Origin: a bacterium
GTDB lineage: Bacteria; Patescibacteriota; Minisyncoccia; Phycocordibacterales; Phycocordibacteraceae
Direction: 5' to 3'
Length of the DNA: 64,000 nucleotides
Assembly: GCA_023267755.1 (NCBI GenBank)
Contig: JAHFMR010000004.1
Location: 8,535 to 72,534, forward strand
The notes beneath the pieces were generated by a model. The model ran no database searches. It saw only the letters and a list, made by a program, of their open reading frames with translations, and was not told where the DNA came from. How positions within the stretch are numbered: position 1 is the stretch's first letter; each line of letters begins with the position of its first letter. The position numbers and the translations under genes are program-made. Below, one piece after another: positions 36,277-48,388 of this stretch.

Positions 36277-38058
36277 TCAAGCCCCTTCCCCTTCGGGGAA
36301 AAGCTTTCCGCCGAGCGTATTAATCTCTTCGAATGGAATTTCTCCTTTGAGCGCCTTAATAATGGCGTCCTCGCGCATAGTCAGCATCCCGCCAGCGCGC
36401 GCCGTCGCATAAATCCGCTCCTCAACCGGCTCTTTGAGCACTACCTGCTCCAGATCCTTATTCATATGCAATAGTTCGAAAACAGCAGTGCGCCCGCGCG
36501 TTCCGCTTGGACATTCGTCAGTCGAACCTGCGCGATAAAATTCAGTAAACGCCGGCAATTCTTTGCGATATTTCTCCGGAAGATCTGCAAAATCCTGTTC
36601 GAGAAAGGCCTTAAAACTATCTTTAATCGGGAAAGGCACCCCTGCTCCTGGGCAGAGCTTCCGAACGAGGCGCTGTCCGATGACAGAAACAAGGGTTGGC
36701 GCGATAAGGAAAGGGTCGACTCCCATATCGATGAGACGCGGAATTGCTCCCGCAGCGGTATTGGTGTGTATGGTCGAGAGTACCAGGTGCCCGGTCAGAG
36801 CCGCCTGCACCGCGAGTGCGGCTGTTTCTTTATCGCGAATTTCGCCGACCATAATGATGTCCGGGTCTTGCCGCAAGATAGAGCGCAGTCCGCTCGCGAA
36901 TGTATATCCTATTTCCGGCCGCACCTGGCTCTGCGAGACGCCAGGAATCTCGTATTCGACCGGATCCTCGAGCGACACGACGTTATTCCCTTCGCGATCC
37001 GTCTCGGAGAGCATCGCAAACAGTGTTGTCGACTTTCCTGATCCGGTCGGTCCTGCAATCAAGATGATGCCGTACGGTGCTCTCATCATCTCGCGGATGC
37101 TCGCCAGCTGACCCTTTGAGAGCCCAATCGACTCAATCGTCGTTGTCATATCGGAATGATCGAGGATACGCATTTCAACCTTCTCGCCGTATTCGGTCGG
37201 GAATGTCGAAACGCGGAAATCGATACGTCGATTTTCTATCGTAACCGAGAATCGTCCGTCCTGGGGTTGCCGCTTCTCGTCGAGACGTAGTTTTGAGAGA
37301 ATCTTGATGCGCGCTACTACCGCATCGTGCACCTTCCCCGGTAACTCAAGCGAGGTGTGCAACTCACCGTCCATACGAAATCGGATACGCGTCTTTGTCG
37401 GCGTCGGTTCGATGTGAATGTCGGACGAACGCCCTTCGATAGCATAACGGAGTATCGTCGACACGATCTTTGTTACCGGCGCATCCTCTTTAAGCGTTTC
37501 GTGTCGGCCGGTCGAGAGTGTAAGTGATTCCTCATCGTTTAAGACGGGCGTCCCTCCAGCAGGGGTCGGGTGTGCCTCATCAGTAAGCTTCGCGACAGTC
37601 TCGTATTCAGAAAGCGCCTTCCCCACCTCGTCTGAAAGGTTCTGATAGGCGTCAAGCACACGATCGAAGTCCTCTTTGGTGATAAGAGTAATCTTGTAGG
37701 GCATACCAGTCTTCCCAGAGATAAATTGCAGCGCGTCAAATGCTTCGATGTTGTCTGGATCGGTGATGCCGATCTCAAGCGCGCCGTCGGTGATGCCGAG
37801 CGGGACGAAGCCGTAATGACGAGCGGAATCGATTGGGATGTAGCGGAAAACTTCTTCGTTTGCAGGAGGATCGCCCAATATGCGCGCAGGAAGCCCATAG
37901 GTCTCCCCTGCTATTCGGAGCGCATCGGAGAGCGAGATACCACGATCGGCGAGGATATCCGCGAGAGAACGATCTTTTTTAGCAAGCGACGCTTCAACAG
38001 AAGCGCGATCGCTCGCTAACAGGATCCCCTTGTCTACAAGTAATTCGAGGAGGTTCAT
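36277..38058 (-). CDS. pilB: Type IV pilus assembly ATPase (GspE/PilB family) with N-terminal T2SSE_N domains
   Basis: Walker A GPTGSGKST, Asp/His boxes, tetracysteine region; 593 aa. Confidence 0.9.
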   Translation of the reverse strand: MNLLELLVDKGILLASDRASVEASLAKKDRSLADILADRGISLSDALRIAGETYGLPARILGDPPANEEVFRYIPIDSARHYGFVPLGITDGALEIGITDPDNIEAFDALQFISGKTGMPYKITLITKEDFDRVLDAYQNLSDEVGKALSEYETVAKLTDEAHPTPAGGTPVLNDEESLTLSTGRHETLKEDAPVTKIVSTILRYAIEGRSSDIHIEPTPTKTRIRFRMDGELHTSLELPGKVHDAVVARIKILSKLRLDEKRQPQDGRFSVTIENRRIDFRVSTFPTEYGEKVEMRILDHSDMTTTIESIGLSKGQLASIREMMRAPYGIILIAGPTGSGKSTTLFAMLSETDREGNNVVSLEDPVEYEIPGVSQSQVRPEIGYTFASGLRSILRQDPDIIMVGEIRDKETAALAVQAALTGHLVLSTIHTNTAAGAIPRLIDMGVDPFLIAPTLVSVIGQRLVRKLCPGAGVPFPIKDSFKAFLEQDFADLPEKYRKELPAFTEFYRAGSTDECPSGTRGRTAVFELLHMNKDLEQVVLKEPVEERIYATARAGGMLTMREDAIIKALKGEIPFEEINTLGGKLFPEGEGA

Positions 38059-38450
38059 TGATTTGTTGTATTCGTCGCGGGACTGCTCGTTCCGAGAGCA
38101 CCCACGTCGCTCGGCCCACTAGTCCCAGCGCCCGCTGCAGGACGTGCGGCCGGAACGGAGGATCCTGACGCTGCTGTTGGCGCGAACGGATCGCTCCTTC
38201 TGAAGGACTCCGGAGTGATCGGTGTTGCAATATCCACTAACGCGTTAAACCGTGCGTCCGAAAAGATGCTCGTCTTAAAGGAAATTGACTCCAGCTCACC
38301 CACTGCTGCTGCAAATTGCATCTGACTTGAAGAAGCCCCCGCGTCGACGGAAAGAGGTGGTTGGTTCCCTGTCCCGGTAAAGAAGAACCAATACGCCGCA
38401 ACAGCGACGAGAAGTGTGATGATGCTGATGAGTACGATGTTCGGTTTCAT
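38055..38450 (-). CDS. Small membrane-anchored pilus-assembly-associated protein (PilP-like position)
   Basis: N-terminal TM; gene order pilMNO-this-pilB. Confidence 0.35.
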   Translation of the reverse strand: MKPNIVLISIITLLVAVAAYWFFFTGTGNQPPLSVDAGASSSQMQFAAAVGELESISFKTSIFSDARFNALVDIATPITPESFRRSDPFAPTAASGSSVPAARPAAGAGTSGPSDVGALGTSSPATNTTNQ

Positions 38451-38460
38451 ATCATATGGG

Positions 38461-39015
38461 TTACCGCAGCCAATAGAGCGTTATTTTCATCTGGTAGGTA
38501 TACACGCCTGTATCGGATCCTTTTACGACGATATCTCGAACATCGAGCAATCGTTGGCTCTTTTCGACACCACGGAGGAAGGACTGCAGTGCAGGATACG
38601 TACCGACCGCTGAAAGGGACAAGTCGACTGAACCAACCGGTTTCGCCGTCGAGGACTGCGTGGCGCTCCCTTTTGCGTCAGATGCAGAGGAAGCTGCGAG
38701 CACGTCGATATTGGAGAGGGTTAACCCGTTACGTGCCGCGACCGCGTTTAGATCAAGGATGATGCCGACGTTATCGACCGAATCAGGAAGGAATACGCCC
38801 AATCGCGCGAGATCGGCTGGATCGATTGCATTACGCGCGGCGGCAAGCTCATTTTGCTGTCTCGAGTATGCTGTCGCGGCGGAAAGCGCCTGATCATCTG
38901 AGGTGATGGCGGTTCGCTTCTCGGTTATTGGGCCCGCCCATGTTGGCATAGCGTACCCGAACAATATCCCGGCAGCGATAATGAGCGCGAACGTTGGAAT
39001 GACGTTGTGGTTCAT
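38461..39015 (-). CDS. pilO: Pilus assembly protein PilO-like
   Basis: Single N-terminal TM, coiled-coil, periplasmic domain; synteny. Confidence 0.55.
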   Translation of the reverse strand: MNHNVIPTFALIIAAGILFGYAMPTWAGPITEKRTAITSDDQALSAATAYSRQQNELAAARNAIDPADLARLGVFLPDSVDNVGIILDLNAVAARNGLTLSNIDVLAASSASDAKGSATQSSTAKPVGSVDLSLSAVGTYPALQSFLRGVEKSQRLLDVRDIVVKGSDTGVYTYQMKITLYWLR

Positions 39016-39590
39016 GGTATGAAAGCGACGACCTTTGGGTCGAGTGCCGCGGAAAGCACGAAAGAGACTGAACTATCTTTATTTACTACGAGATTCGAAA
39101 AAATGGCATCTTTTATACGGCCGTCGTTCGCAGCCGCGGCAGATAGCGCCGCGAGCGCGTTGAAACTCCTCGCCACACCGGTGCCATCGATCTTCACCTT
39201 CTTTGCCGCGTCGAGCGACAGGTGAAGAGATGAGAGGCGTACGCTTGTTGGTAGAAGTGCCTCAATAACGGCAAAGAACCCGGAGAGCGCGATATGGCTT
39301 GAAAGGAGTGCTGTGCTTGAGTTGAGGCGATTGCGCAGTTGCACGAACCCTTCGACCGTTGCGGGATCGATCTTCGCATTCGCTTCCTTCAAGGCCTCCT
39401 CCTTAGTGACCTGCATTCCGGAGAGAACACGGTCATAGCCAAAAAGTCCGAGTGCGAGCACAAAAACAACGCACAGAACAGTGTAAGCAAACAGCGCATA
39501 TCCACCGGTAAACTCAAAACGCGATTGTTGCGCGGCCGCAGATGCCGAACGCGGTACGAATGAAGTCGGTATCGTTGGGGGAATGTCCAT
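39012..39590 (-). CDS. pilN: Pilus assembly protein PilN-like
   Basis: Short cytoplasmic N-terminus, TM, periplasmic coiled coil; synteny. Confidence 0.55.
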   Translation of the reverse strand: MDIPPTIPTSFVPRSASAAAQQSRFEFTGGYALFAYTVLCVVFVLALGLFGYDRVLSGMQVTKEEALKEANAKIDPATVEGFVQLRNRLNSSTALLSSHIALSGFFAVIEALLPTSVRLSSLHLSLDAAKKVKIDGTGVARSFNALAALSAAAANDGRIKDAIFSNLVVNKDSSVSFVLSAALDPKVVAFIP

Positions 39591-39655
39591 TTCCCTTCAG
39601 TATACGGCACTCACGCGCCTCTCTTAGACAACGTCTGTGCAAAACATCTTGCTTT

Positions 39656-40756
39656 TTATATCTCTTCTAGCTTGCGCAAGGCGAGACCAACGGCCACCGC
39701 AAATTCAGGCCCTATCTCCTCGAGAACCGGGCGCATAAACGCGGGCGCTTCTGTTTTCATAAAAGGATCGGCGACATGCACATCAATCGAAAATGTGTTC
39801 TTCGCGTACGCTCCGAGCTGCTTGGTCACGCCGCCACCACCGGTGAGAACAATGGAGCCCACTGATTTCCCATTTGCCGTCTCGTACTGCACCAGGACGC
39901 GACGCGCTTCGGCGAAGATGCGCGAGAACACAAGCTCACCCCCCTCAAGAGTAGTCCCTGGGCTCGCGAGACCCTCCTTCTTCTTCAGTGCTTCAGCGCG
40001 CGGGATAGAGACATTGGTCGAGACTGAGATAGCACGCGTGATATCTTGGCTCCCGATACTGATAGCGTGCGAGAGCGCAACGACGCCCGACTCGATGATA
40101 TACGCCTTCGTCGAAGCAGCCCCAACATCAAGCACCATCACTGGGCGCGTCTGTTCCTCGACCACGGCACGGATAGTGCTGAAGATCTCAATCTCATAGA
40201 AGCTCGCGGTGAGATTTGCATTCGTGACAACGCTCTGAAGTAGCGCGAGTTCGTCATTATGCACAGCCACAAGGAGCACGTCGATTGTCTCAGGAGCACT
40301 GCTCGCTGCGTGAGGATCGGCCTCGGTAAGCTGCACCGGGTCTGATTTCGGAACGACAAACCAGTCGAGCTGCACTTCGCTCACCGGGACAGGGATATAT
40401 TTACGCGCTTCGAGCTCGATGACCGTTTTCTGCTCTGCAGGGTCCTTCCGATACGGCAAGGTGACGAGGATAAGGAGTGAGCGGGCAAACGGTATGGAGA
40501 CGCCGCAATTCTTCGTTGTCACCTTTGCTTCGCGCAGAAGATCCCTCAGCGTCTCGGTAATCTGTTCGACCGAGAGATTCGTCGCCTGTCCTACCTCCGA
40601 TCCGCCATAGGGACCGAGCGCAAGCTCGCCATAGGTCTCGAGCACTGCCTGTCCGCGCTCCTTGCGCAGCTGGACGACCTTCAAGGACGACGAACCGATA
40701 TCCACGCCGAGAACGCTTTTTTCCTTTTTTCCGAAGAAAGAATCGAGAAACGACAT
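39656..40756 (-). CDS. pilM: Type IV pilus assembly ATPase-like protein PilM (actin fold)
   Basis: MSFLDSFFGKKEKSVLGVDIGSSSLKVV; N-terminal ORF extension artefactual. Confidence 0.8.
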   Translation of the reverse strand: MSFLDSFFGKKEKSVLGVDIGSSSLKVVQLRKERGQAVLETYGELALGPYGGSEVGQATNLSVEQITETLRDLLREAKVTTKNCGVSIPFARSLLILVTLPYRKDPAEQKTVIELEARKYIPVPVSEVQLDWFVVPKSDPVQLTEADPHAASSAPETIDVLLVAVHNDELALLQSVVTNANLTASFYEIEIFSTIRAVVEEQTRPVMVLDVGAASTKAYIIESGVVALSHAISIGSQDITRAISVSTNVSIPRAEALKKKEGLASPGTTLEGGELVFSRIFAEARRVLVQYETANGKSVGSIVLTGGGGVTKQLGAYAKNTFSIDVHVADPFMKTEAPAFMRPVLEEIGPEFAVAVGLALRKLEEI

Positions 40757-40770
40757 GCGAGAATAATACC

Positions 40771-41385
40771 ATGTGGCGTTTTCTCGACATCCTCTTCCCG
40801 CCGCGCTCCGATGAAGCTGCGCTTCGCGGTATATCCACTGACGAATTCCTTGGGCTCGTCGCCCCACGCCTCGTCTCCGACACTCGCCCGGGAACAGCGG
40901 CACTCCTCTCCTACGCTGACTCTCGCGTGCGCGCGGCTATTCACGAAGCGAAGTACCACGGGAACGAGCGCGCTTTTGAACTGCTCAGCCTCGTGCTCGC
41001 CGACTACCTCCGCGAGAGTGATGATATCTATAGGAATCGTACGTCTCTCATTATCCCCGTGCCGCTCGGCACTGCCCGGCGGAAAGAGCGAGGTTTTAAT
41101 CAAGTTGAGGAAGTGGCACGACGAGCGGCACGGGAGCTTAATCTCACTGTTAACGCTTCCCTGCTCGTGCGCACACGCGAGACTGTCTCGCAGGTATCGC
41201 TCCCGCGCGAGAAACGAGAGGAGAATATGCGTAACGCTTTTCGTGCCACGCATTCTATCGACCCCAAGCACACGTATGTGCTCCTCGACGACGTCATCAC
41301 CACCGGCGCCACACTCCAAGCAGCTATCGACGCGCTCCGCGAAGCGGGCGCGGAACATATCGTCCCGCTCGCTCTCGCGCATTAA
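40771..41385 (+). CDS. comFC: ComF-family phosphoribosyltransferase (competence protein ComFC-like)
   Basis: C-terminal PRTase motif VLLDDVITTGATL; divergent from pilM. Confidence 0.75.
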   Translation: MWRFLDILFPPRSDEAALRGISTDEFLGLVAPRLVSDTRPGTAALLSYADSRVRAAIHEAKYHGNERAFELLSLVLADYLRESDDIYRNRTSLIIPVPLGTARRKERGFNQVEEVARRAARELNLTVNASLLVRTRETVSQVSLPREKREENMRNAFRATHSIDPKHTYVLLDDVITTGATLQAAIDALREAGAEHIVPLALAH

Positions 41386-41407
41386 ATTTGATATTGTGAC
41401 GCAACAC

Positions 41408-41496
41408 GGAGGGGTCGCATAGAGGCCTAGTGCGGCGGGTTGCTAACTCGCTATACGGGTAATACCGTATCGAGGGTTCGAATCCCTCCCCCTCCG
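41408..41496 (+). tRNA. tRNA-Ser (anticodon GCT), class II with long variable arm
   Basis: GGAGGGG-UC-GCA..UGC-G-GCGGG-UUGCUAA-CUCGC-[UAUACGG-GUAA-UACCGUAUC]-GAGGG-UUCGAAU-CCCUC-CCCCUCC-G. Confidence 0.85.
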
Positions 41497-41511
41497 CACC
41501 AGACAGACAAA

Positions 41512-41547
41512 AACACTCGCCGGCGTACGCCGGCGAGTGTTTTGTTT
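41512..41547. terminator. Bidirectional rho-independent terminator
   Basis: AACACTCGCCGGCG-TACG-CCGGCGAGTGTT followed by TTGTTTG. Confidence 0.65.
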
Positions 41548-41561
41548 GAGAGACGTAAAAA

Positions 41562-41792
41562 TTACATCCCTGCCGGATTGCACGTGCGGCAATCTGCTTT
41601 GTGGCCGAAGCCGATGACGAGCGCCGAGGCGCCCACAAGCAAGTAGACGAGATTCTCGACCGTTGGCCAAGCGCCGAGGAGGAGATTCACGACGTTCCAG
41701 TTGCTGCCTGCCCAGTTGCCTACTGCGACGAGACCCCAGTTGAGAGCGCCGATAATCACGAGAGCGAACGCGATACCATGTAGTCCTTTCAT
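41562..41792 (-). CDS. DUF378-family small membrane protein
   Basis: 2-TM, GALNWGLVAV motif. Confidence 0.5.
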   Translation of the reverse strand: MKGLHGIAFALVIIGALNWGLVAVGNWAGSNWNVVNLLLGAWPTVENLVYLLVGASALVIGFGHKADCRTCNPAGM

Positions 41793-41888
41793 AGGAATTA
41801 GAGGATGGTTAAAGCGGTGGTGGTAACCCGCTCCCTTTAGTATGACCTTTTTTTAGCTCGCCAAGAGACCCCCTGTGCACAGCGGTCG

Positions 41889-42887
41889 TCACTCAAATAT
41901 AATCTGGAATCCATACATCCCCATCCCGCAGGTGCCGTGCAGGGTGCCGTGCGCCTGCTCTGCCGAGATAGAAACTTCCTCAATACCAGAAGGCTGAAGC
42001 GATTTCTGATATGAAAGTGCCGGGATAACGAGCGTCGAGGAACAGTCATAGGTATCGCTTGTCGTAATGCGTAGGAGTGTCGGCACACCTGCCTTCGCCA
42101 CTACTTCACGCGGCGAGTACCCGCTCTTCGCGGTCATATCGATAATCTGCTTCCCGTCGACAAGTGTCGCCACCGGCGCTGTCGAAGACTGTTTTTGTGA
42201 GAAAGAAGGCATGATACCGAGTACCGCGAGAATATTCACCAAACTGAAGATCGCGAGCGTGATAATCGCAACGCCGGCAATCTTGAAGAATGTCCCTCTC
42301 CACGACTGCTGCGCGAGCGAGAAGGAGCCAAACGAGATGAGCGCAAGTACCGGGAGGGTGCCGAGCGAAAAGAAGAACATAATGAGCGCACCCTGCATAA
42401 AGCTGCCCGTCGAGAGTGCCGCGAGCTGCATCGACTGGGTAAACCCGCAGGGTAAGAAGAATGTCCCAGCACCAAAGAGGAGCGGCGCGAGCGCGTGATC
42501 GAGTGTGCTCCAACTCGTCACCAGTTCAGTAAATCGTCTCGGCATCTTAACCTGGAGCTTCTTTACCGACGGGAAGAGATCGAGGAGACTGATGCCGAGA
42601 ACAAGCATCACGAGTGCAACGAATCCTTCCAATAGAACATTCGTCGTTGCACTAAGGTGCAGAGAACTGCCGATGACCCCGATAAGACCTCCAAGTAAGA
42701 AGAATCCGCCCAGCCGACCGATATGAAAGAGTGCTTGTGTTCGCCAGGAGCCGCCGCTTTTAGCTGAATTTGCCGCGAGCGTCAGCACGACTCCGCCGAC
42801 AATCGCGAGACACGAAGAAACTGAAGCAACGAGTCCAACGCCAAACGCCAGCTCGTAACTCACTTTCGAAGTAGCAAAAAAGTCCAT
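41889..42887 (-). CDS. DsbD_2/CcdA-like polytopic membrane protein with C-terminal Cys/Met/His-rich (cupredoxin-like?) domain
   Basis: TM Cys motifs VSSC and FFLPCGF; C-terminal HGTLHGTCGMGMYG. Confidence 0.4.
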   Translation of the reverse strand: MDFFATSKVSYELAFGVGLVASVSSCLAIVGGVVLTLAANSAKSGGSWRTQALFHIGRLGGFFLLGGLIGVIGSSLHLSATTNVLLEGFVALVMLVLGISLLDLFPSVKKLQVKMPRRFTELVTSWSTLDHALAPLLFGAGTFFLPCGFTQSMQLAALSTGSFMQGALIMFFFSLGTLPVLALISFGSFSLAQQSWRGTFFKIAGVAIITLAIFSLVNILAVLGIMPSFSQKQSSTAPVATLVDGKQIIDMTAKSGYSPREVVAKAGVPTLLRITTSDTYDCSSTLVIPALSYQKSLQPSGIEEVSISAEQAHGTLHGTCGMGMYGFQIIFE

Positions 42888-42898
42888 AGCTTATTTTC

Positions 42899-44146
42899 CT
42901 ATTCGTACCGAAGTGCGTCAATAGGGTTCTTCTTCCCTGCCTTGCGCGCTGGATAGATGCCGAATACCAGTCCAGCGATGGTCGACACGCCGAGACCCAG
43001 AAGCACCGCCGAGACCGGGAATGCAAAGACCCAGCCGATAGAGAAGAAATTCGACAGGACAAAATAGATGAGGCCGACGACTGCCGCACCCAGTACGATG
43101 CCGACGACCCCGCCTACCGAGGTGAGAAGTACCGACTCGATGAGGAATTGCTGGAGGATGTCGCGGTCGGTGGCACCCACCGCCTTACGCAGGCCTATCT
43201 CGCGAGTGCGCTCGGTGACCGACACCAGCATAATGTTCATAATCCCGATACCGCCGACAATAAGCGAGATGGAGGCGATGGCCGCCAAGAAGAGTGTGAG
43301 GATAGAGGTGATATTGCCGAGGATTGCGAGCGCGTCTTCCTGTGTGCGAATAGTGAAATCGTCCTTGCTCGGATCGGTGATAGCGTGATTCTGTCGAAGG
43401 ACGAAGGTGACACGCGATTTGACGAAGTTGATATCATAATCCGGGTCCGCTTCGATTATCACATCGCCGAAGTAGGTGGTGCCGAGCATCTGGCGCTGTG
43501 CCACGGTGAGCGGGATAATGACGATATTGTCCTGATCGACGCCGAAAGCACCGGTGCCCCCCTTAGCAAGCACCCCCACGACACGGAACGAGATGTCCTT
43601 AAGCCGTATCGTCTTCCCTATCGGATCGAGATGCGCACCGAAAAGCTTGGTGGCGAGCACTGGTCCGATAACTGCGACGTGTGCCCCGGACTCGACATCG
43701 CCCTTGGTAAAGGTCTGTCCCTTGCCCACCGGCATATTACGCACCGTAAAGAATTCAGCTTCCGTGCCTTCATAACCCACGTTAATATTGTTGTTGTCAT
43801 ACACTACTTGAGCTTGTCCACGCACTTCGGGGACTGCTGCGGTGATAGACGGCTCGCGGATGAAGGCGTCAACATCACGCTGCACTAAGCTCGTGATGAT
43901 GATGCCTTGTGACGAAGCTGGCGCGGAGAACTTACCTCCTCCAGAGCCGCCCGGCACCACAAAGATAAGATTGCTCCCGATACCCTGCACCTGATTCAAA
44001 ATAAGATCTTGCGCAGATTGTCCGATAGACATCAGGATAATGACCGAAGCGATACCTATCACGATACCGAGCATCGTGAGCACCGAACGCATCTTGCCGT
44101 GGGCGAGGCTGCGAGTGGAAGTCTTAAATGCGTCTCGGAAAAGCAT
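42899..44146 (-). CDS. ABC transporter permease, MacB/FtsX family
   Basis: N-terminal TM, large periplasmic MacB_PCD, C-terminal FtsX 3-TM bundle. Confidence 0.85.
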   Translation of the reverse strand: MLFRDAFKTSTRSLAHGKMRSVLTMLGIVIGIASVIILMSIGQSAQDLILNQVQGIGSNLIFVVPGGSGGGKFSAPASSQGIIITSLVQRDVDAFIREPSITAAVPEVRGQAQVVYDNNNINVGYEGTEAEFFTVRNMPVGKGQTFTKGDVESGAHVAVIGPVLATKLFGAHLDPIGKTIRLKDISFRVVGVLAKGGTGAFGVDQDNIVIIPLTVAQRQMLGTTYFGDVIIEADPDYDINFVKSRVTFVLRQNHAITDPSKDDFTIRTQEDALAILGNITSILTLFLAAIASISLIVGGIGIMNIMLVSVTERTREIGLRKAVGATDRDILQQFLIESVLLTSVGGVVGIVLGAAVVGLIYFVLSNFFSIGWVFAFPVSAVLLGLGVSTIAGLVFGIYPARKAGKKNPIDALRYE

Positions 44147-44147
44147 A

Positions 44148-44855
44148 TTATTTAAGTGCGCCGTTATGGATGCGCTTGTTCTGTATCGGCTCGTCGCTCT
44201 CTATCATCCCGTCCTTCACACGGATAATGCGATCGGCAAATTCAGCCGTCTGTGTCTCGTGCGTCACGAGTATTACCGTGCGTCCTTTCTCGTGAAGCGC
44301 CTCGAGAATTTCCATAATCTGCAGCCCCGACTTGGAGTCGAGATTGCCGGTGGGCTCGTCGGCAAAAATAACGTTCGGATCGGTGACGAGAGCGCGCGCG
44401 ATAGCCACTCGTTGTTTCTGACCGCCCGAGAGTTTCCCCGCTTCGGTATAGAGCTTGTCCTCGAGCCCAACCGCGCGGACCGCTTTCTCTACCAGTCCCG
44501 TGCGTTCTCCCGCGAGAATATCTGAATAGAGCAGCGGTATCTCCACGTTGTCATAGACCGAAAGTCGCGAAAGAAGGTTGAATGATTGAAAGACGAAGCC
44601 CATATCCTTATTGCGGACGTGCGCGAGTTCTTGATCGGTCATATCGTCGATACTCTTCCCTTGGAAGGTGTAGGTCCCTCCGGTGGGCCGGTCGAGGAAA
44701 CTCAATATCTGCAGTAGCGTCGACTTACCCGATCCAGAGGGGCCCATAATAGAAACAAACTCGCCCTTCGCGATAGAGAAGGTCACGCTCTGGAGTGCCA
44801 CGGTCGGCGTCTCCTCGTCGGTGTACTCCTTCTGTAAGCCGCGAATATCGATCAT
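44148..44855 (-). CDS. ABC transporter ATP-binding protein (MacB/LolD-like)
   Basis: Walker [10 protein letters not shown], signature [15 protein letters not shown], Walker B ILVTHE. Confidence 0.9.
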   Translation of the reverse strand: MIDIRGLQKEYTDEETPTVALQSVTFSIAKGEFVSIMGPSGSGKSTLLQILSFLDRPTGGTYTFQGKSIDDMTDQELAHVRNKDMGFVFQSFNLLSRLSVYDNVEIPLLYSDILAGERTGLVEKAVRAVGLEDKLYTEAGKLSGGQKQRVAIARALVTDPNVIFADEPTGNLDSKSGLQIMEILEALHEKGRTVILVTHETQTAEFADRIIRVKDGMIESDEPIQNKRIHNGALK

Positions 44856-46291
44856 TTCGTCTTGAGTCCGATATTAATCACCTGCTCGCCCTGCGTGACG
44901 CCGGAGAGTACTTCGACGTTCCCATTCTGGTCTTGGATACCGAGCGTCACCGGACTCGTCGAAGCAACGCCCTTCACCAGCGTCTGCACAAATGTGCCAT
45001 TGTCGTTCTGCAGGATTGCGTATTGCGGGAGGATGAGCACATTGTCGTTTTGCTTGGCGCGTATGGTGAGATTGGCGGTAAGTCCGCTCTTCAGACGCTG
45101 GTCCGCTTTATTAAATGACACTTTAATCAGGTAGCTGATGACGCCCTGCGTGTTCGTCTGTGCTGGAGCGATGTAAAACACTGATCCGAGGAAGGTCTCG
45201 TTGGGGAACGCATCAAGCGTCATCGAGACTGCATCCCCCACCGAGAGCTTCCCAACGTCGGTCTCTGACACACCAGCGTCTACCTCAAACCCGCTCGTGC
45301 CGATGATAGAGACAAGCGGCGTGCCGAGTGTCGCGAGCTGCCCTATCTTCGCGTCCTGCTGCGTGATAGTGCCGCTTATTGGAGCAACTATTTGCGCGTT
45401 CCCTAGATTAGCACTCGCACTCGCAACGCCGGCCTTCGCCTGTGCCAGCTGCGCCTGTGCCTGTGCGACAATCGACTTCTGCGAAGCAATCGTCTGCGAG
45501 ATAGTGTTCAAACTCTTAGTGGCAGTATTCACCTCAGCGAGTGCTGTAGAGACGTTTGTCCGGTAAGCGGCGAGTGTCGTCGCCGAGACGCCGGACGCGC
45601 TGTTCAGTGTCGCCGAGACGTTATTGAGAAGCTGCCACACTGTAGCGAGGTACCCGAGCTCGTCCTTAGACAAGGCTTCGAGACTCGCTGTGGTCTGATC
45701 ACCCATCGCGAGTTCGGTCTGCCAGGCGTTCAACGCTGTCGTCGCAGCAACACGAGTAGCCTGCGCCGCTGTTTGAGATTGAAAGTCGGAGACGTTGTAT
45801 GTAATTTGTGCACTCGACGTTTCAGCATTGGAGAAGAACTGGTTGAGCTGGTTACGCACCGCGTCAGTGGCCTTAGCATATGCGTCAATCGATGCGTCCG
45901 GGATGCTGGCGTAGAGATTCGCGAGGTCCTGCTTCGATTTGTCGAGTGCCGCTTGACCTGAACTTACATTTGCCTGTGCCTGTTCCAGTGCTGCTGAGAG
46001 ACTTGCGGTGGAAAGTTCAGCGATAACCGCCCCAGCGGTCACGTACTCGCCGAGACCGTAGTTAATGCGCGCGATGGTGCCCGTATTCTGAAAGCCCAGT
46101 GTGACGCTCTTCATCGGTGTGGTGTTCCCGGTCACCGTCACCGTCTGGATGATAGAGCCGCGCGTCACCGCGATGAATTGGTAAGGAGATGCGCTCTTCT
46201 GCACAAAGAACCAGTATCCAGCACCAATGATGACGAGCGCCGCGAGTACATACTTCCATCCTGAAAATGTGAATCGAGAAAAGAAGCTCAT
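44852..46291 (-). CDS. HlyD/MacA-family periplasmic adaptor (efflux membrane fusion protein)
   Basis: N-terminal TM anchor MSFFSRFTFSGWKYVLAALVIIG, long coiled coil, beta-barrel C-terminus. Confidence 0.75.
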   Translation of the reverse strand: MSFFSRFTFSGWKYVLAALVIIGAGYWFFVQKSASPYQFIAVTRGSIIQTVTVTGNTTPMKSVTLGFQNTGTIARINYGLGEYVTAGAVIAELSTASLSAALEQAQANVSSGQAALDKSKQDLANLYASIPDASIDAYAKATDAVRNQLNQFFSNAETSSAQITYNVSDFQSQTAAQATRVAATTALNAWQTELAMGDQTTASLEALSKDELGYLATVWQLLNNVSATLNSASGVSATTLAAYRTNVSTALAEVNTATKSLNTISQTIASQKSIVAQAQAQLAQAKAGVASASANLGNAQIVAPISGTITQQDAKIGQLATLGTPLVSIIGTSGFEVDAGVSETDVGKLSVGDAVSMTLDAFPNETFLGSVFYIAPAQTNTQGVISYLIKVSFNKADQRLKSGLTANLTIRAKQNDNVLILPQYAILQNDNGTFVQTLVKGVASTSPVTLGIQDQNGNVEVLSGVTQGEQVINIGLKTK

Positions 46292-46310
46292 ATCGTCAGT
46301 GTACACGACC

Positions 46311-46339
46311 TCTCTGCACAAAAAAAGCCGGGCATTCCC
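46311..46339. terminator. Bidirectional terminator downstream of groEL
   Basis: AAAAAAAGCCGGG-CATT-CCCGGCTTTTTT. Confidence 0.7.
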
Positions 46340-46349
46340 GGCTTTTTTG

Positions 46350-48294
<1,945 letters not shown>

Positions 48295-48388
48295 AGTCTC
48301 TATATATAAATGAATAAACACTCTGCCCTGATAAGAGGAGTATAGGGAACCATGCGTCCACAAGCAAGTTGCGTCGAGCGACCTTCCT

